Source: Octopus vulgaris (taxonomy: Eukaryota). Taken from it: DNA of 64,000 nt. Every line of letters starts with the position of its first letter. Positions within the stretch are counted from its first letter, which is position 1. Made by a program: the position numbers and the translations under genes. Location: contig OX597822.1 of the NCBI GenBank assembly GCA_951406725.2, positions 11,532,001 through 11,596,000 of the forward strand, read 5' to 3'. The notes under the pieces were generated by a model, which made no database searches, had not been told where the DNA came from, and saw only the letters and a program-made list of their open reading frames with translations. Shown piece after piece: positions 42,166 through 55,453 of this stretch.

Positions 42166-42290
42166 TGGCTTACAGCTGTTTCCAGTAATCATTATGACTG
42201 CGTCACTGATAGATTTACTCAGTTGGTCTATCGATCAGTTGAGAAAAAATGAACGACCTAAAGACATCAATGCTACTTTCGTCAGAGCCA
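42166..42290 (-). ncRNA. Type I hammerhead ribozyme with extended stem II
   Basis: Minus: TGGCT-CTGACGA-AAGTAGCATT...~95 nt...AATGATTACTG-GAAA-CAGCTG-TA|AGCCA. Preceded by a pyrimidine-rich tract, as in the Penelope at 25 kb. Confidence 0.65.
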
Positions 42291-43604
42291 TTTCTGAGGG
42301 AGGAAAAGATGGAAAGATGCAAGTAGGATAGAGAAAAGGAGGAAGACAGGTTACAAAGGGGTTTAGAGAAGTAAGGAAAGGATAGAGGAAGGGGCCACTT
42401 AATAGAATTAGGGTTGTTTGATGACCGAAATTTATGAAAAGGACAGTCATAAAACAGTGTTTGATATCGGGTCAACACATGAACATATTAATATTGCTTT
42501 TAGGTTAGATAGTCTCCAAATGTTGCTTTGAAACTTGATATGGGCCATTTATACACATGGTCAACAGAAGTCGTTAATATTTGGTCCTTGGTGCATAGTA
42601 GGGGAATTGTTTTAGAAGAGGAATGAAACATTAGTTTTTAATGATATTGTGATGTAGAGATCAAGAAAGCTCTGATTTGCTAGGATATAAAATGCTGATG
42701 CATTGAGAGATGAGAGGTTGAAGTGAGATAAAGTCAAGTTGTGTTTTTGAAGAGTAACCTCATGACGTGAGTTTTAAAATTTAAATCATTAAATGGTTTA
42801 CGGATTAATATTTGAACGAAATTTCTAAATTTAGCGTTAAAGCACACTAAATATTAACAAAAATTCAAATAATTTTTTAAATATTGACATTTGTCGAGGA
42901 TGAAACACGTTTTAAACTGATATGAAATGACAAAATCCTCGCTGCAACAAGATATATAGTTAATCTGCTCTTTGGTATGCTTTATGATGTGTGAGTGTGT
43001 GGGAGCCAATCGTAGATAAATCTACAGGCCATCACATATATTTTGAGTCACTGATGAGGGTCAGTGCAAACCCACTGGTCAACAACTTTGCCGAAGTGTT
43101 TAAATCTGTGGAGTACCGAGTGATTAGCTCGAAGTTGTTTTCTATGTTCCACTTGGTCTAACCAACATCATCACTCATTTGATCACGCTACATGGAGTGC
43201 TTTGTATCTGCCGCCAATTTGATAAACAACAGCTAAGGCAGTAGCGAACTAATCTGGCACGTAACAATGAAGATCTTGGTGTGGTCTATCCAGGTCGAAT
43301 GATCTTCCCATCACAAAGCTGTTAGGGATCTCCCATGTTTTATCTACTGCGATCTGTTTTTCACGGCACCCATCCATCTTCATCCCAGAGCTGTACCTGA
43401 TCATTGATACAACTAAGTCGGACATTCCAATACCGACAAATTGTGCGAGTATTTTGATAGATTGCTGTCTAGTGAGTGGAACAGTAACAATATGCAAAAC
43501 TTTTCTCAAGTTCCAAATGTGAATTTGTCTGTGTTAACTACATCCCCCAAATGCAGACTTGTATCTTTGTTGGAAACTGGGTCCCTCATCAGTGGAAGAT
43601 TTAC

Positions 43605-44035
43605 CATAATTGAAAACTAGAAGAGACATATACACCTTCGTACATCCTACCGGATGTTGAGATAAAACCAAAGATCAGCCAAAAATAAAATAGCTAAGCT
43701 GAAATATTAAGAAATCTACAGCTACTCTATCCAGATTAAAAGATCAGGTTTATACCTGTAATTATTGAGGCACTGGGATATGTACTCTATCCAGATTACA
43801 AGTTCAGGTTTATACCTGTAATTATTGGGGCACTTGGATATGTAACACACTGCCTAAATACCAATCTGGAGAAATTAGGATTCTCAAAACCAGAAAGGAG
43901 AAAGCTGCTTCGAAGCCCACAGATTCAGGCAATTATCAGAACTGTAAAAATATGTAAGTCTTTCCCAAATTTTATCATTTCAGTATATATCAACATATCT
44001 AGATACGCAACTTTATGTATGAGAAGACATATAAA
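43605..44035 (+). mobile_element. R4/Dong-like (restriction-like endonuclease) non-LTR element 3' remnant, followed by (CATA)n
   Basis: LRNLQLLYPDYKFRFIPVIIGALGYVTHCLNTNLEKLGF...TVKICK; internal ~59-bp tandem duplication. Confidence 0.7.
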
Positions 44036-44539
44036 ACAAAACATACAAACCTGCACGTATACATACATACATACATACATACATACATACATACATACAT
44101 ACATACATACATACATACATACATACATACATACATACATACATACATGCAAAAATAACCCGTTGATGTCGTTGAATCTAGGTTAGAAATCTTGAAATAG
44201 AACTGAATAATGACACACACATTCACACAGAGAATTTATTTCTTACAGTGTTATTTCCATTAAATTCCGGTCCGACATGTGTTTCTGCCAGATAGATGTC
44301 CTAATGTCCCATGATGTGACATTTATGAGCACTTAGTTGGTTCTGCTGCAGTTCATTTCCCTCCAAAATAGACATCCCTGTGCAGCGTTGTTCAATATAT
44401 TTCCCATACCAGTGGGTGAAGTGAACTGAGGATCAAGTGTCAGATCATAAAACCTTAGGTTGTGTGACAGAAGAGATTGCTTTCAAAAACAATATGGCCA
44501 TAGTTCAGGTATCATTTAAACTTAGAATGACCTTTAAGG

Positions 44540-44578
<39 letters not shown>

Positions 44579-44654
44579 CTTGGCCGGAGTGAATAGATGT
44601 CTATTCGTCTTCGCTAGGTAAGGTTGGTGGTTTATTTATGATGTGTTCAGAATC

Positions 44655-44712
44655 AGTTCTGCTGAGGATCATAAGACGTAAGTTAAATGTGAAATCACGG
44701 TGATACAGAACT
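44655..44712 (+). ncRNA. Type I hammerhead ribozyme
   Basis: AGTTCTG-CTGAGGA-TCAT aa GAC gtaa GTT aa ATGT-GAAA-TCA cgg TGA-TA|CAGAACT. Perfect 7-bp stem I; lies in a ~260-bp insert between TA tracts. Confidence 0.85.
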
Positions 44713-44833
44713 AAATTCATTTTTTAAATGTCTTGCTTTGAAGAGCTGCATTTAGGTATGATTAGTGTAATTTTGGTAGTAATGACTTTGTCCCTCTTAG
44801 TGTGAGGCATTTATGTGTAATAATGCCCTCTAT

Positions 44834-44872
<39 letters not shown>

Positions 44873-44879
44873 TGTAGGA

Positions 44880-45511
44880 TAAACCCGAAATTGGGACCAA
44901 TACGGTAATAACAGAATTTCTTAGAAATAATTTCTATCGGCATGTTTCGAGACGCATAAATTATAATGGTTATTGACAATTTTGTCTTTTTTTCGGCATA
45001 TTTGGCATTAGAATTTTTCTTTTGCCGTTATTTTGTAAGTTATTTATAAATTTAATCCTTAAAGGTATTTTTTGATATGCTGTCCATTGATAAAAAAATT
45101 TTTTTCGAAAAAAATTTTATCCTACATTAGTTATAAATTGAATAGTGTTCACTTCCGGATTCCCTCACTCTGTGAAAGTTTCTATATCGAATCACACGTG
45201 TCTCGAGATGTGCTGAAGATTTTCTATTTTGGATATATTTGGGGTACTTAGGTCTGCTCAGGACTTAGTGCTTGCTTTTTCCATGGGTATGAATAAGTAT
45301 TTCATTTATGTCTTACGTATTTATCGCTGACGAGTGGAAAATTCTAATGAATTAACCCCGAAATTGGGACCAATACGGTAATAACGGAATTTCTTAGAAA
45401 TTTCTATCGGCATGTTTCGAGACGCATTAATTATAATGGTTATTGACAATTTTGTCTTTTTTTCTGCATATTTGGCATTAGAATTTGTCTTTTGCCCTTA
45501 TTTTGCAAGTT

Positions 45512-45512
<1 letters not shown>
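44880..45512 (+). mobile_element. Partial tandem (473-bp period) hammerhead cassette in (TA)n
   Basis: CCCGAAATTGGGACCAATACGGTAATAAC... at 44884 and 45357; ~155 bp repeated. Confidence 0.8.
45321..45381 (+). ncRNA. Type I hammerhead ribozyme
   Basis: TTATCG-CTGACGA-GTGG aa AATTC taat GAATT aa CCCC-GAAA-TTGG ga CCAA-TA|CGGTAA. Confidence 0.8.
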
Positions 45513-45559
<47 letters not shown>

Positions 45560-46140
45560 GTGTGTGTGCGTGTCTGTGTGTATGTGTGCGAGTACATTTG
45601 GTAGATCACAGAGACCTTGAGCCACGACTCTTCAAACTGATCGTAATATTCATTATCTTTGTGTTGCATATCTGTCTTTGTATGTATCAACGTCATAAAA
45701 CGCAGTTTCTGGAAGTAATAAAACGCATCACTACCAGTTAGTCGTACTTTCCGGTAAGGCATCATTCTCGGGAAAAGTCATCCATCAACAAAACGCTAGC
45801 TTTTACAAAAATATAAAAAATGAATCAAAAAAGGGATCAGAAAAGTTAGGATCTTTGGCAGTTTTACATAGACAATAAAAAGACTTGCTATAAGTCATGT
45901 TTGGTAACGAAAAGTTATTTAAATAGTTTTTATCTAAAGTTGCTTTCGTCTGTCATCCTTTAAAACTCAAGATACAATTTCAGGTATAAACTTGCATAAG
46001 TCAAACAATACGTAAACCATTAAGATAAAGAGACTAACTCCGCAATGGCGGACTTTGCCTTTCATTCTTTGAGCTCCGGGGTCGATGCAATCGATACTCT
46101 TCCCCCTCAACATGTCTGGTCTTGTACCAAAATTAGAAAG

Positions 46141-46488
46141 AACAAGCGCACTCGGAGAGTGCAAACCTCTGCCAACGCAACACCCGCGTCCTCTCAAAGA
46201 TTAGCCAGAGATGATTTTTAAAATGAGAATATCTGAAATAAACGCAACTGCCTTTCAAAAATTAAGTAAAAAAAATAATAAAAAAGGGAAAACTAATCCA
46301 AAATCCTTGTCCGATACCCGATCGACCCCAAAATATAATCAGTCCGTGCCAGTCACAAGGCCAAACATCCCTGAAAGTTTCATCTGAATCCATTCAGCAA
46401 TTCTTCAGATATCTTGTTCACGGACCACCAACCAAACAAACAAACCCAACTGAAATAATACCTCTGCTTCGCTATGGTGGAGGTAATT
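46141..46488 (+). mobile_element. Helentron-associated / DINE-1-like non-autonomous element
   Basis: 5' AACAAG, AAAGTTTCATC core, (CAAA)n tract, 3' stem-loop ACCTCTGC...GTGGAGGT then AATT. Confidence 0.65.
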
Positions 46489-47029
46489 ATGATAAAAAGT
46501 TCATTCCTGCAAGGCAAATAACTGGTAATCGGATAATTGTCAAGGTACAACCATAAGTTCTATAACTACCTGGATATCCCGAAGATGTTGTCTACACCTG
46601 ATCATCAGTCTTACAGGAGGATTATATTACCGTTATGCCGAATACATGAAAGATTGTTTAAGAGCTAGGCATCTTACTCCGTTACGTAAATGGTCACGAC
46701 CGTTTGCTGTCTTGAACCATCACAAATTTCATGGTATCATATAACAGAGAATGACAGATTATAATTCTTCAGAAATTTCGTATTTAATACTGAAGATACT
46801 GCAGGCTTGAAGACACAGTAGATAACACCAGATTACTCCGAAAATTTGACTGAAGGGTGCCTAACCGTATTGATGCGTATTGGAAGTATCGAAATAAGCA
46901 GTGAGAGTGACTTGGCAGAATGTACCACGCTTTCGCTAATTGTTATAGGTGTCAGTGAAATCGCGACCGGAAACAAACATTTTGTCAACCTTCTTGCTCT
47001 TAGCTCAGTGGAATATCGAGCATTTTACA

Positions 47030-47068
<39 letters not shown>

Positions 47069-47504
47069 AGAAAGAGAGAGGAGGGAGAGAGATGAGGATA
47101 GAGAGATATCTATCAGCAATCGGCCGGTACTCAGTATGAACTGAGCAAAGTGGGACAACATGAAATAAAGTGACTCCATTACAGATACAATGCCTCGCCC
47201 GTTCGAGGAAAGAACACAAGCCTTTATGGTCCTATGTCTACATCCAATCTTCTTAGCCATGTAAATGAATTATCATACCAATTCTTCAGAAATGTATGTT
47301 TGTTATTTATAATAGGGCAAAAAGCTCCCGCAGTCATCTGCTGGTAATCCGAGGTTTTCTGCTGTTATAAAATATTCACTTTGTTCTACATCTGCACCAG
47401 CAATAATATATAATATATACAACCTTCTAGTGTATTCAGATTTTTGCTTAGAACTATATCAATCTGTCCATCCAGCCATCCGTCCATACACACATATATA
47501 TATA

Positions 47505-47564
<60 letters not shown>

Positions 47565-47774
47565 TGTGTGTGTGTGTGTGTGTGTGTCTGTGTCTGTGTG
47601 TGCGTGTGTGTGTGTAAATATACTTTCGATTAGCAGTTGTATTAACCTTATGATGGGATAGCTTCATCCAAGGAAATACTGGTTCAATACCTAGTATTTT
47701 GGGGGAAATTAATTTTCTTAAAATAATGCGTACATATATATATAAATATATAATTTATATTCATATAAAAGAGG

Positions 47775-48930
47775 AAAAGAAAATGGAGATTGGGATGTTA
47801 ATAATTATTTATTAACACCAAATTAATGTTCTTCACTTACAGCTGTTTCAATTAACACTCAGTAGATATTAAGTAAATATTAAATTTATATTTATACTAG
47901 CAGTATCGCCCGGCGTTGCTCGGGTTTGTAAGGGAAATAACTATATAAGCATTTTTAGAGAGTTATAGCCAAAAAATAGCAAAAAAATGCATTAAAAATG
48001 GAAAAAAAATGATGGTAAATTTTTTTTTTAAATCGTTGACTCATCGTATATATTTTTAGAGAGTTACTTCCCTTATATAATAGTGAAAAAATGCATTAAA
48101 ATGGAAAAAATTATGGTAATTTTTTTTTTAAATCGTAGACTCATCGTAGACGCGCACTAATACCCAGAAGGGCTCGATATGAATCACGACTATAAGATAC
48201 CCGGTTTTGGTTAAACTGCACCGCAAAATGTGGGAGTAGTTAGGAATCTAAATCGTAGGAGACAGACAGCCAAACAACCTCACTTTTATATATAAAGATG
48301 ACGTTTTTCACAGGGAAAAAAATACCCTTGGATGTTTTATATGTGTTTATGAATTCATTATAGCAGACTGAATGATACGGTTGTTCATATATATCGTTAT
48401 ATGCACGGGCGAGGTGTTTACAGGTTGATTGGAGATAAGATAGAGTAGGTAGTTAGAATTAGAACAATAAATGAATAAATTAAATAGAGATGATAGTGGA
48501 AATTGAAATATAAATAAGGTAAGTTTATAATTAATAAAAAATGGAATATTCGTTTATAAAGTATAGGTTATGAAACTTTGTATATATATGCACACGTACA
48601 AATATGTATCTGTAAATCCATATATATATATATACAGAAACATATACATATACCCACACATATGCATACATCCACACTTACAGGCATATAAGCGCATACA
48701 CGTATATACATATATATAAATATACACGCGCAAATACATCAATACGTATGCATACTCACACACATATATATATGTATTTACAAATGTTTACTCTTCATAC
48801 CCAACACCCCTATATTAACGTCTTTAATATTTACTTAATATATGCTGAGTATTAATTGTAACAGCTGTAAGTGAAGATGCTTAATTTGCTGTTAATAAAC
48901 AATTAGTAACGTCTCAATCTCCATTTTCTT
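47775..48930. repeat. Diverged inverted repeat (47775-47885 / 48823-48930) carrying a hammerhead 3' half
   Basis: GAAACAGCTGTAAGTGAAG in inverted orientation; a Helitron lies between the arms. Confidence 0.7.
47897..48298 (-). mobile_element. Non-autonomous Helitron (same family as 19061-19906, no helicase fragment)
   Basis: A|TC 5' end, CCCGAGCAACGCCGGG hairpin plus CTAG|T 3' end; internal ~100-bp duplication. Confidence 0.92.
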
Positions 48931-49020
48931 CTTCTTCTTCTTCTTCTTCTTCTTCTTCTTCTTCTTCTTCTTCTTCTTCTTCTTCTTCTTCTTCTTCTTC
49001 TTCTTCTTCTTCTTCTTCAT
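48926..49020. repeat. (CTT)n microsatellite
   Basis: Direct tandem repeat. Confidence 0.97.
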
Positions 49021-49709
49021 CTCCTCCTCCTCCTCCTTATATACATATATGTTTGATTTTATGTTCGGGTTACTCTAACGGGATACTCTATCCTTTTGTA
49101 GAGTTGAAACTTATTATTCTTCAATAAGTGAGTTCGCATTTTCGGCCAGTTACGTGAACGTCAAACATGTATGTATGCATGTATGTATGTATATATACAC
49201 ACACATACATGTATTAACTATAGAATTATCATCGTTCAAATAATGCTTTATTCCTTTATTCATTCATATAACTTCTGTATTATTTCATTTATACCTTATC
49301 GATTTCTCCATATTTATTGTAATAAATTTAAAAAAAAAACAAAATTCTATTTACTTTTTTAAATATTTTTAGATGACTGGGAATAACTGGAAAGACTACT
49401 GCTAGCAATGGAAAGACTCATTAGATGAATTGATGTGAATTTCGGTTTAGTAAAATGAGCGAGTGGAACGAAAGTAGGAGAAAATTAATTACAAATAAAA
49501 CCTAATATTGAGTTAAATAAAGAAACTGAGATAAAACAGGAACTTAGGAATACTGACCAATTAATGAGGTAGACAGGAAATATGAAATGCAATTGAAACA
49601 AACGTTTGAAAAGAAATATCATAAATGCATTATAATAATTTTTAAAGCAGGGTTAAACATAAAACATAAATATGATCATAGGTTTTAATATTTTAGCTGT
49701 TCTCATCTA

Positions 49710-51370
49710 AGATGGCGAGTTGAAACTATCGTTAGCGCGCCGAACGAAATACTTAGCGGTATTTCGTCCATTCTTTTATTCTTTTACTTGTTTCAGTCAT
49801 TTGACTGCGGCCATAATGGAGCAGCGCCTTTAGTCGAACAAATCGACCCCAGGACTTATTCTTTGTAAATCTAGTAACTATTCTATCGGTTCTCTTTTGC
49901 CGAAATGTTAATTTACCGGGGCGTAAACACACCAATATCGGTTGTCAAATACCCCCCCACCATATATATATATATGACGAGCTTCTTTCAGTTTCCGTCT
50001 AACAAATCCACTCATAGGGTTTTGGTCGGCCTGATGCTATGGCAGAAGACATTTGCCTAAGCTGCAACGCAGTGGGACTGCACCCAGAACTAATTGGTTG
50101 GGAAGCGATCTGCTTACCACACAGCCACACCTTCGGGGATGGATAACCAGCTGAGCACTGGGAGGGGGCTATGTAATCGACTTTCCCCCTCTCCCCAAAT
50201 TCCTGGCCTTGTGCCAAAATTAGAAAACAATTTTATAGTTGTTCCAAAGGCAGTGAGCTGGCAGAGTTGTTACTGCACCGGACAAAAGGTTTAACAGAAT
50301 TTTGTCCGTCCTTACTTTCTGAGCTCAAATTCCTCCGAGACTCACTTTGCTTTTCATTATTTCGGGATCGATAAAATAAGAACCCAGTTGAACACCGGGG
50401 TCGATGTAATCGACCTCTCCCCTCTCACGAAATAAATGGTCCCGTGCCGAAAGTTGAAACCAATATTGTTGTTGTTCCACTCTGAAATGGTGAGCTGAAA
50501 GAACCATTATCGTGTTAGACAAAATGCTTAGTGGCGAACGGTATTTCTTCTTGCACTTTAGGCGTCGAACTCAAATTCCGCATTGGTCAACATTGCGTTC
50601 TTCCTCTCTGGGTCGATCAAATAAAGTTCCAGTGAAGTACTCGGGTCGATGTCCTTGACTGACCCCTGCCCTCTAAAATTGCTGGTTTTTAGCAAATTTT
50701 GAAACCATCATAGCTGTTCCAGTGATAAACTGTAAACGCAACTCCTCAGATGGAAACAAATGAGATGGTGGGGTAGGTATAACATAGAGAAAAATAACTC
50801 TTTCTATTCTAGGCACAAACGACATATGAAATGTTGGCGGAATAGGTAATTGATAACAGTGGTCTCCAATGCTCAAATGGTGGTTGTTTTCATTGAATCT
50901 GAGAGGATGAAAAGCGAAGTCAACCTTTGAAGCATATCAAATCAGAAAGTAAAAGCGGAGGAAATGCCGCCAAGTATTTTGTTCGGTGTGCTAACGGTTC
51001 TGGTAGCTCGACCACTTTAAAACAGAAAAAAATTAATGATTCGAATTTGTATTCATGACCTCAGAAGTGTCACAGAAATACCACGGCTAAAACCCAGTTG
51101 TTGACTATTTGAAACTTGAAAATTACTAGAGAATATGTGAGCAGGAGAATTGGCAGGGGTGTTAGAGCGTCGAACAAAGTATTGCTTTCAGCTGTCTGCG
51201 TTGTGAGTTCAACTTCTATGGAAGTGAGCTTTGCTTTTCATAATTTCGGGATTGGTAGAACAGAAAAAAGAAGAATGTTCTAACCTAAAGACTTGAATTG
51301 GCTGGAATGTAAGAACGTTGACTAGGATGCTATTGCGGCTCTTTACATTCTGAGTTCAAATATTGCTATA
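49710..51370. mobile_element. Cluster of nested SINEs (about six family A copies or fragments and one antisense family B at 49772-50133)
   Basis: Repeated family A heads (49711, 50247, 50485, ~51150, ~51295), an antisense copy at ~50800-51020, and B inserted into A. Confidence 0.8.
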
Positions 51371-51669
51371 GCCTACGTGGTTAGTACACTTAATACATTA
51401 CCGGGAGTTAATGCCGCCGCCTCGTAGCTTCGTCGACTTGAGCAGATCCGACGATATTGCAAGCATTCTGGAATGATTTCGATTTGAGGATATCCGTGTC
51501 TCATTCTCGTGAGACTCGAAGGGATTGTGGACACTACTTTCCATTCAAACAAAAAAGATTAATAAATTAATGTGAGTGGCCGTGTGGTAAGTAGCTTGCT
51601 TACCAACCACATGGGTCCGGGTTCCGTTTGGTGAAGACGTGAAGATGTGGATGATTTAAGTAGTTCCGG

Positions 51670-51810
51670 TCTGGTGACTTTATTCTTGAAAATTAGCCCC
51701 GTGGTAGACCTGAGACCAAGGTGGATAATGATGAGCTGGAAACTGTAGTGGCCGCGGGTGCATCTCAAACTACGCGTGAACTATCAGCAAGGTTTGATAT
51801 TTCGATTCCC

Positions 51811-51812
<2 letters not shown>
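51670..51812 (+). pseudogene. Mariner transposase HTH fragment
   Basis: PRGRPETKVDNDELETVVAAGASQTTRELSARFDISIPT. Confidence 0.8.
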
Positions 51813-51867
<55 letters not shown>

Positions 51868-51871
<4 letters not shown>

Positions 51872-52042
51872 ATAGAAGGAGCTTCTACAGGACTAGAAAG
51901 AAATCATCAGGCTTCCTGATGATTTCTTTTGAATGAAACAGTTCTAGTCCTGTAGAAGCTCCTTCTATAAAATAAATTAAATTACTCTGCTATGTATTGA
52001 GTACCTTATTTACTGTGGTTAACCCCGACTCAACCCGGGACC

Positions 52043-52045
<3 letters not shown>
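51868..52045 (+). mobile_element. Fold-back hammerhead cassette inserted in (TA)n
   Basis: 51868-51898 is the reverse complement of 51942-51972, and AGAAATCATCAGG/CCTGATGATTTCT are inverted around 51913. Confidence 0.8.
51911..51959 (+). ncRNA. Type I hammerhead ribozyme
   Basis: GCTTC-CTGATGA-T TTC tttt GAA T-GAAA-CAG ttctagtc CTG-TA|GAAGC. Confidence 0.8.
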
Positions 52046-52089
<44 letters not shown>

Positions 52090-52091
<2 letters not shown>

Positions 52092-52415
52092 ATCCCCTCT
52101 GGTCATAAATGACTATGAGATTACACCCCCCTAGAAAGTTCCCTTCCAAGGCACAAGTCAGGGCAAGGTTGTTTATGGAAGACCAGCAGTCGCCCATGCA
52201 TACCAGCCTCCACTCTCCACGCCACAGTTATTATCGAAGGGAAAAATCATAGACCGATACAACTTGGCACCAGTGACATCAAAATTCATGAACTGGAACA
52301 ATGTGAAATAAAGTGTTTTGCTCAAGAAAACAACGCATAGACTGGTCTGAGAATTGAACTGATTACCTTATGACTGTGAGTACATCGATCTAACCACTGT
52401 GTCATGCGCCTTCAC
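52090..52415 (-). mobile_element. tRNA-derived SINE (family C-like head, different tail)
   Basis: Minus head GTGAAGGCGCATG..CAGTGGTTAG...GTTCAATTC, then CTTGAGCAAAACACTTTATTTCAC. Confidence 0.7.
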
Positions 52416-52434
52416 AGACACACCACAGACACAC

Positions 52435-52478
<44 letters not shown>

Positions 52479-52902
52479 ATACACAAACGTATATCACAAA
52501 CAGTGAACAGCACATTTGCTGATGTGGAAAAGCTGCAAGGATTAAATAAATTCGTCACGCTCAATTGAAACAGCATTCAATAATAAACGCCATCAGTATT
52601 AATTAATGAATATACCATAATTACGGAATTGGCATATCATGTGACCAGAGGATACACACCGGTGACAAGCACTAACGAAAGCGAAACATGTCTGGATTTT
52701 CGGTGAGAATCAGCGACGATTGTCTCGCTCCGATATATTGCGTCTGTAAAGAAACATGTCTATTAACCGATTGTCTCTCACACAAACCTCTAAGTCTCAT
52801 GCCTGTCAATGCGGTATATACCTTAGAATGATGCACAGGTGGCGTTTATATTTTAATAATGCTTCAATTACATACAAAGAAGTGTTTTATATATATATAT
52901 AT

Positions 52903-52949
<47 letters not shown>

Positions 52950-53109
52950 TTGTGAGTGTATACGTGAAGTGAGAAAGAATATAATTGCTAGTAAACTTTA
53001 AATATGTTTTTCAGCAATCAACGCAATAATATATATTTGTATATATACGTACATACATACTTAACATATATATTTATATATATATATATATATATATACG
53101 TAAATATAA

Positions 53110-53170
<61 letters not shown>

Positions 53171-53532
53171 TACATATGCACACATCTCAATATATTCACG
53201 CATTCAATTTAAACATATTTATATGTCACAGCTTAACAAATGAGACAACAAAAGCTAGACTTTAACTTGTAAATAAAAACTCGATCGAAAATTATCAACA
53301 AACAATCGGGTAAAAGACGCGAAAATATTGAAAAATGTACAAAACAACGAAATTAAGATGATTTCGACAAAAAACAATCAAATTGTTTAAAGAATGATAA
53401 AGACAAATAACGAAAGATAATATAAATGACTTCAAATCACTTTCTTTTATTCTCAGAAATTATTCCCGAACATTATTTACTCTGTAAGATTATCAATATA
53501 TATATGTATGTATGTATATATGTATATGTATG

Positions 53533-53599
<67 letters not shown>

Positions 53600-53648
53600 T
53601 GTATATGTATATGTATACGTATGTATATGTATATATATATATATACGA

Positions 53649-53682
<34 letters not shown>

Positions 53683-53766
53683 GTAAATGCGTATATATAT
53701 ATACATATATATATGTATATGTATATATATATATATCAACACTCACACATACAGAGATACATACAG

Positions 53767-53846
<80 letters not shown>

Positions 53847-53991
53847 ATATATGCCTCGGCATGTATGTATTCAAACTCACACATAGACAAACATATATAA
53901 TACACTCGCGCACACCCTCACACATCACACACAAAGACACTCACATGCACAGTCATAGATAAATGAATACAAGAATATATAAAAAATGTGC

Positions 53992-54052
<61 letters not shown>

Positions 54053-54093
54053 TTAAATATTTATAACTATATATTCATATGCAACACTATATG

Positions 54094-54190
<97 letters not shown>

Positions 54191-54394
54191 ATATATATTG
54201 GAACAAATAGATGACAGGTACTCAATTAAGAGTCCATCTCATTGTATAGCGGAAACAGCTGTAAGCCAATGCAGTTCATCATATAACGTTTGTCTTTTTA
54301 TATTTCCAACTATACTTATGCAACATTGTATTATGCACCATATGCATATTGAGTTCTGCACCAGGATATCAGCATCGTTATGCATATTTAAATG

Positions 54395-54602
<208 letters not shown>

Positions 54603-55412
54603 CGCTATGTTATAGACAGCACTTGTTTTGAGGCAGTTTGTGGGAGACAAATATAAGCCCAATGAATGACGCATAGACACTTTCAAAAACATGCACCCAA
54701 ACACACACACACATACACGACAAGCTTATATACACGATACACGACATAGATTCTGTGTATTAAATTCACTCATAATGTTTTGAACGATCATGGCTTATAG
54801 CTGAAGGCACTTGTGCAAAATACGACGCAGTGAATCTGACTCCTAATCTGGCTCTGATCTTCTAAAGCACACATCCGTTATCTCACGCTCATATACATGA
54901 ACTTAGAAGCTCAAAGGTAGAGGGTAGTATGCTTCTTTATCAATTAATGAATGTAGACCAATCTAACCACAGCGAATCATTATTTGAGAATTTGAAAATA
55001 CGTAGATATACACTGAAATTTTATGTTGCAAAGAAGCTAGAGTTGGTTTGCTCATCTGGAGAAGATAAAAATGTAAGTTACAGCGAGTTAGTTGATTTGA
55101 TGTGATGAAGGGAGACGAGTATTCAACGCTTTGGATATTCGTCCTTTTTCAAATTTAGAAATATTATAAAGAAAATACTAAAAGTCAGACGACGGTGATT
55201 AAATAGATTTGTTCGTCGCTCTATCGATTCTAATACATGTAATCTTACTGATATCGAGTCAGTAGGATATTAGGATATGCAATACATAAACGGATATGGC
55301 TAAATCTTGTATGATACCTTATCATCCGGTACGCTAGCAGAACAATTTAATTCTATGATACGATTTCCAAATGACAATCATTAACATTTAATAAAAGTGT
55401 AAAATGGCCTTT

Positions 55413-55453
<41 letters not shown>

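Noticed and set aside
43049-43594. CACTGATGAGGG in inverted orientation at both ends, considered as hammerheads or TIRs
   Set aside because: Neither CTGATGA is followed by a properly placed GAAA and stem III; a 12-bp match is too little, and the internal coding similarity is unconvincing.
46846-47030. Possible LINE endonuclease remnant (LIVIGVSE)
   Set aside because: A single weak motif without supporting context.
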